Shown one piece after another: positions 1 through 8,460 of a stretch of 64,000 nt of DNA (positions are counted from its first letter, which is position 1; each line of letters starts with the position of its first letter). A program made the position numbers and the translations under genes. The DNA lies in contig DASSRA010000142.1 of the NCBI GenBank assembly GCA_035702065.1, forward strand, positions 2,947 to 66,946, given 5' to 3'. The notes under the pieces are model-generated. The model was not told the origin of the DNA. It made no database searches and saw only the letters and a list, made by a program, of their open reading frames with translations. This stretch comes from Rhizobacter sp. (GTDB taxonomy: Bacteria; Pseudomonadota; Gammaproteobacteria; Burkholderiales; Burkholderiaceae_C).

Positions 1-1
1 C

Positions 2-1153
2 TGGGCTGGCCAGGTCAGCGCACGTCGCGCCGAGCTGAGCCTGCGCGCGCTCTTCAACGAGGAGCTGGGCGCCGTGATCCAGGTGCCCACCGCGCAGCGC
101 AACGAGGTGATGCAGACGCTGCGCGAGCACGGCCTGAGCAAGCACAGCCACTTCGTCGGCAAGCCCAACGACAAGGGCGTGGTCGAGGTGTGGCGCGATG
201 CCAAGCCCATCTTCAGCGCGCCGCTGCGCGAGCTGCACCAGGCCTGGGACGAGGTGAGCTGGCGCATCGCGACACTGCGCGACAACCCGGTCTGCGCCGA
301 TGCCGAGCACGCCGCCGCGGGCCAGGCCGATGACCCCGGCCTGCACGTGCACCTCAGCTTCAAGCCCGAGGCGCCCGCCGTCGTCACGCGCCGGCCCAAG
401 CTGGCCATCCTGCGCGAGCAGGGCGTCAACAGCCACGTCGAGATGAGCTACTCGATGGACCAGGCGGGCTTCGATACCTTCGACGTCCACATGAGCGACC
501 TGCACACCGGCCGCGCGCGACTCGACCAGTTCCAGGGCTTCATCGCCTGTGGCGGCTTCAGCTACGGCGACACCCTGGGTGCCGGCGAAGGCTGGGCCCG
601 CTCGGTGATGTTCAACCCGGTGTTGGCCGAGCAGTTCGCCGCCTTCTTCCAGCGCACCGACACCTTCGCGCTGGGCGTGTGCAACGGCTGCCAGATGATG
701 GCGGCGCTCTCGCCCATCATCCCCGGCGCGCAGGCCTGGCCCAAGTTCACCCGCAACAAGAGCGAGCAGTTCGAGGCCCGCCTGAGCCTCGTCGAGGTGC
801 TGGAGAGCCCGTCGATCTTCTTCACAGGCATGGCCGGCAGCCGCATGCCCATCGCCGTGGCGCATGGCGAGGGCTTCGCCGACTTCTCGCAGCGCGGCGA
901 CGCGAAAGCCGTGCACCGCGCGATGCGCTTCGTCGACCACAGCGGTGCGCCCACCGAGGCCTACCCGTTCAACCCCAACGGCAGCCCCGACGGCCTGACC
1001 TCGGTGACCACGCCCGACGGCCGCTTCACCGTGCTGATGCCGCACCCCGAGCGCGTGTTCCGCAACGTGCTGATGAGCTGGACCTCGGGCGACAAGAGCG
1101 AGCAAAGCCCCTGGATGCAGATGTTCCACAACGCGCGCCGCTGGGCCGACTGA
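2..1153 (+). CDS. purL: Phosphoribosylformylglycinamidine synthase, 3' part (gene starts before the window)
   Basis: Frame is open from position 2. Motifs LFNEELGAVIQV, ILREQGVNSH, GGFSYGD, catalytic GVCNGCQ and MPHPER of the glutaminase domain. Confidence 0.97.
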   Translation, partial: WAGQVSARRAELSLRALFNEELGAVIQVPTAQRNEVMQTLREHGLSKHSHFVGKPNDKGVVEVWRDAKPIFSAPLRELHQAWDEVSWRIATLRDNPVCADAEHAAAGQADDPGLHVHLSFKPEAPAVVTRRPKLAILREQGVNSHVEMSYSMDQAGFDTFDVHMSDLHTGRARLDQFQGFIACGGFSYGDTLGAGEGWARSVMFNPVLAEQFAAFFQRTDTFALGVCNGCQMMAALSPIIPGAQAWPKFTRNKSEQFEARLSLVEVLESPSIFFTGMAGSRMPIAVAHGEGFADFSQRGDAKAVHRAMRFVDHSGAPTEAYPFNPNGSPDGLTSVTTPDGRFTVLMPHPERVFRNVLMSWTSGDKSEQSPWMQMFHNARRWAD

Positions 1154-1181
1154 CAACTCGAAGCAACGGGAGACAGACGAG

Positions 1182-1424
1182 ATGCACAAGACGCCGGTCA
1201 AGTACCTGGTTCTGATCGAATCCGATGGCGCGATGGTCGCCAAGCTCTACGACGGCGCGTTCGCCCACGTGAACGACATCGACGCCGGCTCGGAAGAGGT
1301 CGCCGTGATGACCAAGGGCCTCACGCCCACACGCGACGCCAACAGCCCCACCTGGGCCAAGGTGCTGGTGGGCCACGGCGAGGCCGAGCGCCGCGCGGCC
1401 TTGCTGTTCAAGCTCGACGTCTGA
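1182..1424 (+). CDS. Hypothetical 80-aa protein
   Basis: ATG preceded by GGGAG, GC3-rich codons, fills the purL-monooxygenase gap on the same strand. No motif recognised. Confidence 0.75.
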   Translation: MHKTPVKYLVLIESDGAMVAKLYDGAFAHVNDIDAGSEEVAVMTKGLTPTRDANSPTWAKVLVGHGEAERRAALLFKLDV

Positions 1425-1432
1425 GAACGGCC

Positions 1433-2671
1433 ATGGAGATTGCAATCGCCGGTGGGGGCATCGGCGGCCTGACCCTGGCCCTGGCGCTGCACCAGCGCGG
1501 CATCCCCTGCACCGTGTACGAGGCCGCCTCGCAGCTGCGCCCGTTGGGCGTGGGTGTGAACCTGCTGCCGCATTCGGTGAAGGAACTCGCCGAGCTGGGC
1601 CTGCAGGAGGCGCTGGCCGCCACCGCCATCGAGACGGCCTCGCTCACCTACTACAACAAGTTCGGCCAGACGATCTGGAGCGAGCCGCGCGGCGTGGCGG
1701 CGGGTTACCCGGTGCCGCAGTACTCCATCCACCGCGGCGAGCTGCACATGATCCTGCTCGATGCGGTGCTGCGCCGCCTGGGGGCGCAGCGCGTGGTGCT
1801 GGGCCATCAGCTGACCGGCTTCGAGAACATCGGCAACAAGGTGCAGGCCTCGTTCAACCGCCTCGCCGATGGCCGAGCTGTCGTCATCGAAGCAGATGCC
1901 CTGGTCGCGGCCGACGGCATCCACTCCGCTGCCCGCAGGCAGATGTGGCCCAACGAAGGCCCGCCGCGCTACGGCCAGCGCGTGCTGTGGCGTGCCATCA
2001 CCGAGGGCGAACCCTTCGGGGACGGCCGTTCGATGTTCATGGCCGGTCACCCCGACGTGAAGTTCGTCGCCTACCCGATCTCGCGCAAGCTGGCCGAGCA
2101 GGGCCGCTCGCGCATCAACTGGATCGCCGAGCTGTCGGTGCCGGGCGAGACGCCATCGCGCACCGACTGGAACCGCGAGGTCGACATCAGCGTCTTCGCC
2201 CAGCCCTTCGACAGCTGGAAGTGGCCGTGGATCGACATCCCGGCGCTGATCCGCGGCGCCTCGGCGGTGTACGAGTTCCCGCTCGTCGACCGCGACCCGC
2301 TGCCGCACTGGAAGCAGGGCCGCGTCACGCTGCTGGGCGATGCGGCGCACCCGATGTACCCCATCGGCTCCAACGGCGCCTCGCAGGCCATCCTGGATGC
2401 ACGCAGCCTGGCCGACGCGCTGGCCGAGCAGCCAGGCATCGACGCCGCCTTCGACGCCTACGAGGCCGAGCGCCTGCCCAAGACGGCCAACATCGTGCTG
2501 CTCAACCGCCAGAACGGCCCCGAGCAGGTGATGGCCATCGCCGAGCAGCGCGCGCCGCAGGGCTTTGCGCACATCCACGACGTGATGCCGCGCGAGGAGC
2601 TGGAAGGCATCTCCGCCCGCTACAAGCAGGTGGCCGGCTTCGCCAAGGCGCAACTGGCGAAGCAGCCCTGA
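1433..2671 (+). CDS. FAD-dependent (class A flavoprotein) monooxygenase
   Basis: Rossmann GGGIGG, ADGIHS (DG motif) and GDAAHPM (GD motif). Confidence 0.9.
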   Translation: MEIAIAGGGIGGLTLALALHQRGIPCTVYEAASQLRPLGVGVNLLPHSVKELAELGLQEALAATAIETASLTYYNKFGQTIWSEPRGVAAGYPVPQYSIHRGELHMILLDAVLRRLGAQRVVLGHQLTGFENIGNKVQASFNRLADGRAVVIEADALVAADGIHSAARRQMWPNEGPPRYGQRVLWRAITEGEPFGDGRSMFMAGHPDVKFVAYPISRKLAEQGRSRINWIAELSVPGETPSRTDWNREVDISVFAQPFDSWKWPWIDIPALIRGASAVYEFPLVDRDPLPHWKQGRVTLLGDAAHPMYPIGSNGASQAILDARSLADALAEQPGIDAAFDAYEAERLPKTANIVLLNRQNGPEQVMAIAEQRAPQGFAHIHDVMPREELEGISARYKQVAGFAKAQLAKQP

Positions 2672-2680
2672 GGCTGGGCG

Positions 2681-3271
2681 TCAGCGCACGCCATCGACCA
2701 CGGCGCGCACGAAGAGCGCCGTGGTGTCGGTGAGCGAGGTGAGTTCGCCGATGCGGTCCTGCTCGATCAGCTCCAGCACCAGCTCGTTGATGCCGCCCAC
2801 GATGCTCATCGCGAGCGCCGGCGGCAGCGGCTTGCGCTTCTTCTCGCCGGGGCGGTTGATCAGCTCCAGGATCAGGTCGGCCAGCTGCTGGTTGACGCGG
2901 CGACGCGCCTGGAGCCCGTCTCTTCCCAGGCCCAGGATGGCGATGAACAGCGTCTTCAGCAGCACCGGGTTGCTGGCCATGGTGGCGAGATACGCGCCCA
3001 GCGCACGCTCGGCCTGGGTGAGCGGGTCGTGCTTTGGGTCGATGGCATCGCGCAACACCGACAGCGCCTGCCGGCTGGCCGCTTCGTAGAGCGCGATCAG
3101 GCACTCCTCCTTGCTGCCGAAGTGCTCGTAGAAGGTGCGGCGAGACACCCGCGCGCGGGCCGCGAGGTCGGCGATGGTGGTGTCGGCATAGCCCTTGTGC
3201 GCCACGGCATCGGCCATGGCGTCGAGCAGGCGGTGGCGGTGGTCGTTGGGCTTGGCGGCAGGGGTGGGCAT
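2681..3271 (-). CDS. TetR/AcrR family transcriptional regulator
   Basis: HTH signature KGYADTTIADLAARARVSRRTFYEHFGSKEE. Start set at ATG 3271 (MPTPAAK), downstream of the ORF-track start. Confidence 0.92.
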   Translation of the reverse strand: MPTPAAKPNDHRHRLLDAMADAVAHKGYADTTIADLAARARVSRRTFYEHFGSKEECLIALYEAASRQALSVLRDAIDPKHDPLTQAERALGAYLATMASNPVLLKTLFIAILGLGRDGLQARRRVNQQLADLILELINRPGEKKRKPLPPALAMSIVGGINELVLELIEQDRIGELTSLTDTTALFVRAVVDGVR

Positions 3272-3298
3272 GCGGTATGACCGGGGCAGGGTCAAAAA

Positions 3299-3316
3299 TG
3301 GTACTTGACAGTACCA
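3299..3316. promoter_or_regulatory. Palindromic operator TGGTAC-N6-GTACCA enclosing a TTGACA -35 box
   Basis: TGGTAC TTGACA GTACCA. A candidate -10 CACATT lies 17 bp downstream at 3328-3333. Confidence 0.75.
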
Positions 3317-3342
3317 CATGCGGCATGCACATTGGCAGAACC

Positions 3343-3358
3343 GGTACTGAGCCGTACC
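3343..3358. promoter_or_regulatory. Second operator copy GGTAC-N6-GTACC
   Basis: GGTAC TGAGCC GTACC, with the same arms and spacing as 3299-3316. Confidence 0.7.
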
Positions 3359-3380
3359 AAGTGTTTCCAGGAGCCTTGCC

Positions 3381-4199
3381 GTGACCGACCTTGTTGTGCG
3401 CCGCCTGCTGATCGACCTCGAAACGCCCATCCCGCGCCGCTGGGCCGGTGGCGACGCGTTCCGCACGGCCTTGTTCAACGCCTTGTCCATGAGCTTCCCG
3501 GTGGGAGAGCAGTTCTTCATCGACTCGTTGCGCGCCGGCATGAAGCAGTTGCCTGAAGACAAGCGCGAGCAACTGGCCGTCGAGGTGCAGGGCTTCATCG
3601 GCCAGGAGGCGACGCACCGGCGCATCCATTCGCTGTTCAACGGCCACCTCGACAAGCTGGGCTACGCCAACACATGGGAGCAGCGCATCGAGAAGCGCAC
3701 GCCAGTCTTCGACCAGGTCGACGCGCGCCACCTGGTGGCCGCCACGGCCGCCACCGAGCACTTCACCGCCATCCTGGCCGAATGGATGCTGGCCCACCCC
3801 GAGGCGCTTGAAGGCGCCGAGCCCCGCCTGCGCACCATGTGGATGTGGCACGCCTCCGAAGAGTCCGAGCACCGCAGCACCGCCTTCGACATGTACCAGG
3901 CGTTGGGTGGCAACCACGAGTGGCGGGTCAAGTGGTTCCGCAACGTGACCACGCTTTTCCTCAGCGACGTGCTGCGCCAGACCGTGCGCAACCTCTGGCA
4001 CGACGGTGACCTGTTCCGCCCCAGCACCTGGGTGAGTGCGGCGCGCTACCTGTTCGGCAAGCACGGCCTGGTGCGCTGCACCTACAAGCCCTGGCGCGCC
4101 TACTTCAAGGCCGACTTCCACCCGCGCCAGCAAGACGATGCGCTCTCGCGCGAGTGGCTGCGCAGCAATGCGGCGCAGTATGCGGAGGTGGGCCGCTAA
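3381..4199 (+). CDS. Metal-binding protein of the family annotated 'predicted metal-dependent hydrolase'
   Basis: Family-like motifs LSMSFPVGEQFF, QEATHRRIH, EHFTA and WHASEESEHRSTAFD. GTG start after AGGAG. Confidence 0.8.
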   Translation: MTDLVVRRLLIDLETPIPRRWAGGDAFRTALFNALSMSFPVGEQFFIDSLRAGMKQLPEDKREQLAVEVQGFIGQEATHRRIHSLFNGHLDKLGYANTWEQRIEKRTPVFDQVDARHLVAATAATEHFTAILAEWMLAHPEALEGAEPRLRTMWMWHASEESEHRSTAFDMYQALGGNHEWRVKWFRNVTTLFLSDVLRQTVRNLWHDGDLFRPSTWVSAARYLFGKHGLVRCTYKPWRAYFKADFHPRQQDDALSREWLRSNAAQYAEVGR

Positions 4200-4202
4200 A
4201 GA

Positions 4203-4300
4203 GTCATCCCGGCGAAGGCCGGGATCCACTGAACCACCATCGAACCGCGGCACGAGGCCATGCCGTGCCGGCGGTGGATCCCGGCCTTCGCCGGGATGAC
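4203..4300. repeat. REP doublet (REPIN-like) extragenic palindrome
   Basis: Perfect 27-bp inverted repeat GTCATCCCGGCGAAGGCCGGGATCCAC (4203-4229 and 4274-4300). Each arm is itself a hairpin. Lies between convergent genes. Confidence 0.88.
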
Positions 4301-4309
4301 AAACAGGCC

Positions 4310-6496
4310 CTAAGCCGCCGACACCTCCACCGCCACACCACCCAGCACGGCGTTGCCCGAGAGCGGGTCGCGCAGGTCTTCGTCGAGCACCGCGTTGAGG
4401 TTGCTGCCCGGCCGCTCGGCGGCCACGCCCAGTTGCGAGCCCGGCAGGTTGTGGCCCCAGCCGTGCGGCAGGCTGATCACGCCTTGCATGATGGTGTCGC
4501 TGACCTCCACCTGCGCTTCGATGGCCTTGCCCGCGCCGCGTGCGATGCGCGCGGTGGCGCCGTCGACCAGGCCCAGGCGTTGCGCATCCGCCGGGTGAAC
4601 CAGCGCCGTGCAGCGGAATGGCCCCTTGGCCAGCAGCGGCAGGTTGTGCATCCAGCTGTTGTTGGAGCGCACGTGGCGGCGGCCGACGATCACCATCGCG
4701 GGCGCGGGCTCGGCCAGCGATTGCACGGCGCGCGCCACGTCGGCGATCAATGAGGGCGGTGCGAGTTCGATCTTGCCGCTGGGCGTGCGCAGCACCTCGG
4801 GCACGCGCGGCTGCAGCGGGCCGAGGTCGATGCCGCCGACGCTGGCCTTCACCTTGTCGAGCGTGAGCCCGTAGGGCCCGTTCCGCAGCGACAGATCGAG
4901 CCGGCGCTCAGGGCCGGTGTGATGCGATATCTCGGCCATCACCGCCCCGGCGCGTTCGCCGAAGCTGCGCTCCAGTTCGGCAGCCAGCATGGCGTCGTCG
5001 AGCTGCTGAGCGTCCACGCCCGCGCCCTTGCCCTGCGCGATGCCGATCAGCTTCACCAGCATCTCCCAGTCGCGCAGATGCCCTGGCGGCGCCGGCAGCA
5101 CCGGCCCGCTGTAGCGCACGTAGTTGCGGTACTGGAAGGCCGGCAGCGCCACGTCGTAGTGGCTGTCTTCCAGCGGCGAGAGGCCGGGCAGGATCACGTC
5201 GGCATGGCGCGAGGTCTCGCTCAGGTAGATGTCCAGGCTCAGCATGAAGTCGAGCTGGTCCAGTGCCTTGGCGAGGCGTTCACCATTGGGTGCGGACAGC
5301 ACCGGGTTGCTGGCGATGGTGATGAGCGCCTTCACCTGGCCCGGGCCGGGTGTTTCGATCTCTTCGGTCAGGCAGCCCATGGGGAACTCGCCGAATACTT
5401 CGGGCGCCCCGCTGACGCGAGAGCGGTGGCGGCCGGTGGCCACGCCCTTGCCGGTGCCGGGCTTGCCTTCGGTGTTGGCCGAGAACGCGGCGGCCTTGGG
5501 GAACATGGCACAGCCGGGCTCGTCGAGGTGGCCGGTGAGCACGTTCAGCACGTCGATCAGCCAGCTCGCCAGCGAACCGAAGCTCTGCGCGCAGGTGCCC
5601 ATGCGGCCGTAGACGGCAGCGCGCTCGGCCTGCGCCAGTTCGCGCGCGAGGCTGCGGATGGTGTCGGCGGGGATGCCGCAGCGCGCGGCCACCACGTCGG
5701 CAGAGAAGGCTTGCACGGCGGCGCGCAGTTCGCCGACGCCGGCCACGTGCTCGGCCAGCCGGCCCAGCTTGACCAGGCCTTCGTCGAACAGCGTGTGCAC
5801 CATGCCCAGCATCAGGTAGGCGTCGCCACCGGGGCGGATGGGCAGGTGCCGGTCGGCGATCTCGGCCGTCTCGGTGCGGCGCGGGTCCACCACCACCAGC
5901 TTGCCGCCGCGTGCGTGCATCGCCTTGGCCTTGCCGCGGAAGTCGGGCACCGTCCACAGGCTGCCGTTGCTGGCCATCGGGTTGGCACCCAGCATCAGCA
6001 GGAAGTCGCAGCGCTCGATGTCGGGCACGGGAATCGTCAACCAGCTGCCGAACATCAGTCCGCTGGAGAGCTGCTTGGGCATCTGGTCGAGCGTGGAGGC
6101 CGAGAAGACGTTCTTCGAGCCCAGCGCCTTCAGCATGCGGCCCAGGTAGAGCATGAAGCCGAACTTGTGGCCGGCGGGGTTGCCCACGCTCACGGCCACC
6201 GCGTCGTTGCCGTGTGCGGCGCGCAGGGGCAGCAGGCGGCGCTCGATCTCGGCGAAGGCTTCGTCCCACGTCGCTTCGACGAAGGCGCCGTTGCGCTTGA
6301 TCAGCGGCGTGCGCAGGCGGTCGGGGTCTTCATGCAGGTCTTTGAGGGCCACGCCCTTGGGGCACAGGTAGCCCTTGCTGAAGCCGTCGCTTTCCTGGCC
6401 GCGGATGGCGATCACCTTGCCGCTCTCGACGTGGACGTCGAGCCCGCAGCAGGCTTCGCAGACCGGGCAGATGCGTTGCGCGATGGTGGTGGTCAT
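4310..6496 (-). CDS. Molybdopterin-dependent oxidoreductase (DMSO-reductase superfamily, uncharacterised subgroup)
   Basis: CPVCEACCG...GYLCPKG 4Fe-4S motif, DPDRLRTPL, GANPMASNG, VVDPRRTETA, C-terminal GRRHVRSNNSW and LPHGWGH. Confidence 0.9.
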   Translation of the reverse strand: MTTTIAQRICPVCEACCGLDVHVESGKVIAIRGQESDGFSKGYLCPKGVALKDLHEDPDRLRTPLIKRNGAFVEATWDEAFAEIERRLLPLRAAHGNDAVAVSVGNPAGHKFGFMLYLGRMLKALGSKNVFSASTLDQMPKQLSSGLMFGSWLTIPVPDIERCDFLLMLGANPMASNGSLWTVPDFRGKAKAMHARGGKLVVVDPRRTETAEIADRHLPIRPGGDAYLMLGMVHTLFDEGLVKLGRLAEHVAGVGELRAAVQAFSADVVAARCGIPADTIRSLARELAQAERAAVYGRMGTCAQSFGSLASWLIDVLNVLTGHLDEPGCAMFPKAAAFSANTEGKPGTGKGVATGRHRSRVSGAPEVFGEFPMGCLTEEIETPGPGQVKALITIASNPVLSAPNGERLAKALDQLDFMLSLDIYLSETSRHADVILPGLSPLEDSHYDVALPAFQYRNYVRYSGPVLPAPPGHLRDWEMLVKLIGIAQGKGAGVDAQQLDDAMLAAELERSFGERAGAVMAEISHHTGPERRLDLSLRNGPYGLTLDKVKASVGGIDLGPLQPRVPEVLRTPSGKIELAPPSLIADVARAVQSLAEPAPAMVIVGRRHVRSNNSWMHNLPLLAKGPFRCTALVHPADAQRLGLVDGATARIARGAGKAIEAQVEVSDTIMQGVISLPHGWGHNLPGSQLGVAAERPGSNLNAVLDEDLRDPLSGNAVLGGVAVEVSAA

Positions 6497-6523
6497 GTGC
6501 AGTCTCCCTTTGCAGTGCGGCCG

Positions 6524-7351
6524 TTATGGCTGCTGGGCCGCCTTCTGTCCGTCACTCAGGTGACGCAGCGCCTGGGTGGTGAACTCGTCGGCGGGGAAGA
6601 AGGTCTCCAGCGCCAGCTCGGAGAGCGTGATGTCGATGGGTGTGCCGAAGACAGTGGTCGTGCTCAGGAACGACAGCACGCCCACCGAGGAGCGGATCTT
6701 CAAGGGCACTGCCACGGCGTTGCCGGCGATCGGTTCGTGCTGCTCGGCATCGGCAGGCACCGGGTAGCCCTGCAGCTCCTTCAGCAGCGCGGCCAGCACC
6801 GGGTCGGCGCTGACCGTGATCTGGTGGCGCAGCCGCTCGAACAGATGGTCGCGCCAGGCCAGCAGGTTGACGATCTTGGGCGCCACGCCTTGCGGGTGCA
6901 GGCTCAGGCGCAGCACGTTCACCGGCGGCTGCAGCAACTCGGGCGGGATGCCCTGCATCAGCAGCAGCAGCGATGGGTTGTGCGCGAGCATGTTCCAGTG
7001 CCGGTCGACCGCGAGCGCGGGGTGCGGCTCGTGCGCCTTGAGCAGTTGCTCTACCGTGGCGCGTGCGGCCTGCAGCGCGGGATCGTCGAGCTTGCGTTCG
7101 GGGTAGAGCGGCGCGTAACCCGCGGCGGCGAGCAGCGTGTTGCGCTCGCGCAGCGGCACCTCCAGCTGCTCCGCCAGGTGCAGCACCATGGCCCGGCTGG
7201 GCGTGGCGCGGCCGTTCTCCATGTAGCTCAGGTGGCGTGTGGAGATGTCGGCATCGAGCGCGAGGTCGAGCTGGCTCAGGCGGCGGCGCTGCCGCCATTC
7301 GCGCAGCAGGGCACCGACGGGCGGGGGCGAGGAGGCGAGGGCGGTGTGCAT
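6524..7351 (-). CDS. XRE-family HTH regulator with MmyB-like ligand-binding domain
   Basis: LREWRQRRRLSQLDLALDADISTRHLSYMENGRATPSR and C-terminal LSFLSTTTVFGTPIDITLSELALETFFPAD. Start is 7351 or 7363. Confidence 0.9.
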   Translation of the reverse strand: MHTALASSPPPVGALLREWRQRRRLSQLDLALDADISTRHLSYMENGRATPSRAMVLHLAEQLEVPLRERNTLLAAAGYAPLYPERKLDDPALQAARATVEQLLKAHEPHPALAVDRHWNMLAHNPSLLLLMQGIPPELLQPPVNVLRLSLHPQGVAPKIVNLLAWRDHLFERLRHQITVSADPVLAALLKELQGYPVPADAEQHEPIAGNAVAVPLKIRSSVGVLSFLSTTTVFGTPIDITLSELALETFFPADEFTTQALRHLSDGQKAAQQP

Positions 7352-7384
7352 GGCGGCAACCATAGCGCAGGCCCGTCAGTCCGC

Positions 7385-7405
7385 CCATGACCTGCCAGGT
7401 CATGG
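7385..7405. promoter_or_regulatory. Perfect 10-1-10 palindrome, probable operator of the XRE regulator
   Basis: CCATGACCTG-C-CAGGTCATGG in the divergent intergenic region. Confidence 0.78.
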
Positions 7406-7480
7406 ACGCTGCACCGGCGCCTGCCGACCATGCGGCCATGCCGTCGCCTGTTGCGGCGGCTGCCAACTCAGGAGCTCACC

Positions 7481-7888
7481 ATGTCCCAAGTCCTTGTCTC
7501 CCGATTCGTTCGCAACGTGCTGCTGGCCGATGCCGGCGTGAGTGCCGCCGCCGGGGCGGTGATGGTGCTGGGCGGAGCGGCGCTGCAGGCGCTGCTCGGC
7601 CTGCCAGGCTCGCTGCTGCTGCCGGCGGGCCTGTTCCTCTTCGGTTACGCCGCCGCGCTGGCCTGGCTGTCGAGGCGCGAGCGGCTGCCCCGTGCGGTGA
7701 TGTGGGTGCTGGTGCTGGGCAACGTGGTCTGGGCGGCGGATTGCGGGTTGATCGCCTTCGGTGCTGGCTTCGCGCCCACAACCTGGGGACAGGCCCTCCT
7801 CGGTGTGCAGATCGTGGCGGTGCTGGTGTTCGCGGAGCTGCAGTTCGTTTGCCTGCGCCGGGCAGGTCGCCAGCCGGTACTCGCCTGA
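7481..7888 (+). CDS. Small integral membrane protein (~4 TM), function unknown
   Basis: AGGAG SD then ATG 7481. Four hydrophobic stretches. Confidence 0.85.
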   Translation: MSQVLVSRFVRNVLLADAGVSAAAGAVMVLGGAALQALLGLPGSLLLPAGLFLFGYAAALAWLSRRERLPRAVMWVLVLGNVVWAADCGLIAFGAGFAPTTWGQALLGVQIVAVLVFAELQFVCLRRAGRQPVLA

Positions 7889-8018
7889 GCCCTTGGGCGC
7901 CATTGCCAGCAGGGGGTCAGGGTTTCTGCCGCCATGTTGTCGATTCGTGGCACCGTCATTCGTCGTGAGACAGAGGCGCCGGAGGAGGGCTCCGGCGCAG
8001 CAATCCAGGAGATGGCCC

Positions 8019-8456
8019 ATGAAGACACTGAAGTTCGAGATCGCGATCAAGGCGCCGCGGCCCCGGGTCTGGACGACGATGCTCGCGCCGGACACCTACA
8101 AGGCCTGGACCGCCGCGTTCTGCGAAGGCTCCTACTACGAGGGCTCGTGGGACAAGGGGGCGAAGATCCGGTTCCTGGCCCCGTCTGGTGACGGGATGAC
8201 GGCCGAGATCGCCGAGAACATTCCCAACGAGTACGTCTCGATCCGCCACCTCGGCATGTTCGAGAAGGGCGTCGAAGACACGACGAGCGAGAAGGTCCGT
8301 GCCTGGGCGCCGGCCTATGAGAACTACCGCTTCGCCGACATCCCCGGCGGCTGCCAGCTGAGCGTGGCCCTCGACACCGCGCCGGAGTGGGAGCAGTACA
8401 TGCAGGAGACCTGGCCGAAGGCGCTGGCCGTGCTCAAGGGCCTGTGCGAGCGATAG
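8019..8456 (+). CDS. SRPBCC/AHSA1-like ligand-binding protein
   Basis: EIAIKAPRPRVW...YKAWTAAFCEGSYYEGSWDKGAKIRF and C-terminal helix WPKALAVLKGLCE. Confidence 0.85.
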   Translation: MKTLKFEIAIKAPRPRVWTTMLAPDTYKAWTAAFCEGSYYEGSWDKGAKIRFLAPSGDGMTAEIAENIPNEYVSIRHLGMFEKGVEDTTSEKVRAWAPAYENYRFADIPGGCQLSVALDTAPEWEQYMQETWPKALAVLKGLCER

Positions 8457-8460
8457 CGGG

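Noticed and set aside
4919-7390. 823-aa plus-strand ORF
   Set aside because: Codon-aligned antisense shadow of the molybdoenzyme and XRE genes, with no motifs. Expected in high-GC DNA.
7976-7998. GCGCCGGAG/CTCCGGCGC hairpin before the SRPBCC gene (possible RNA regulatory element)
   Set aside because: A single 9-bp GC-rich stem with no U-tract. It does not cover the SD and is plausible by chance at this GC content.
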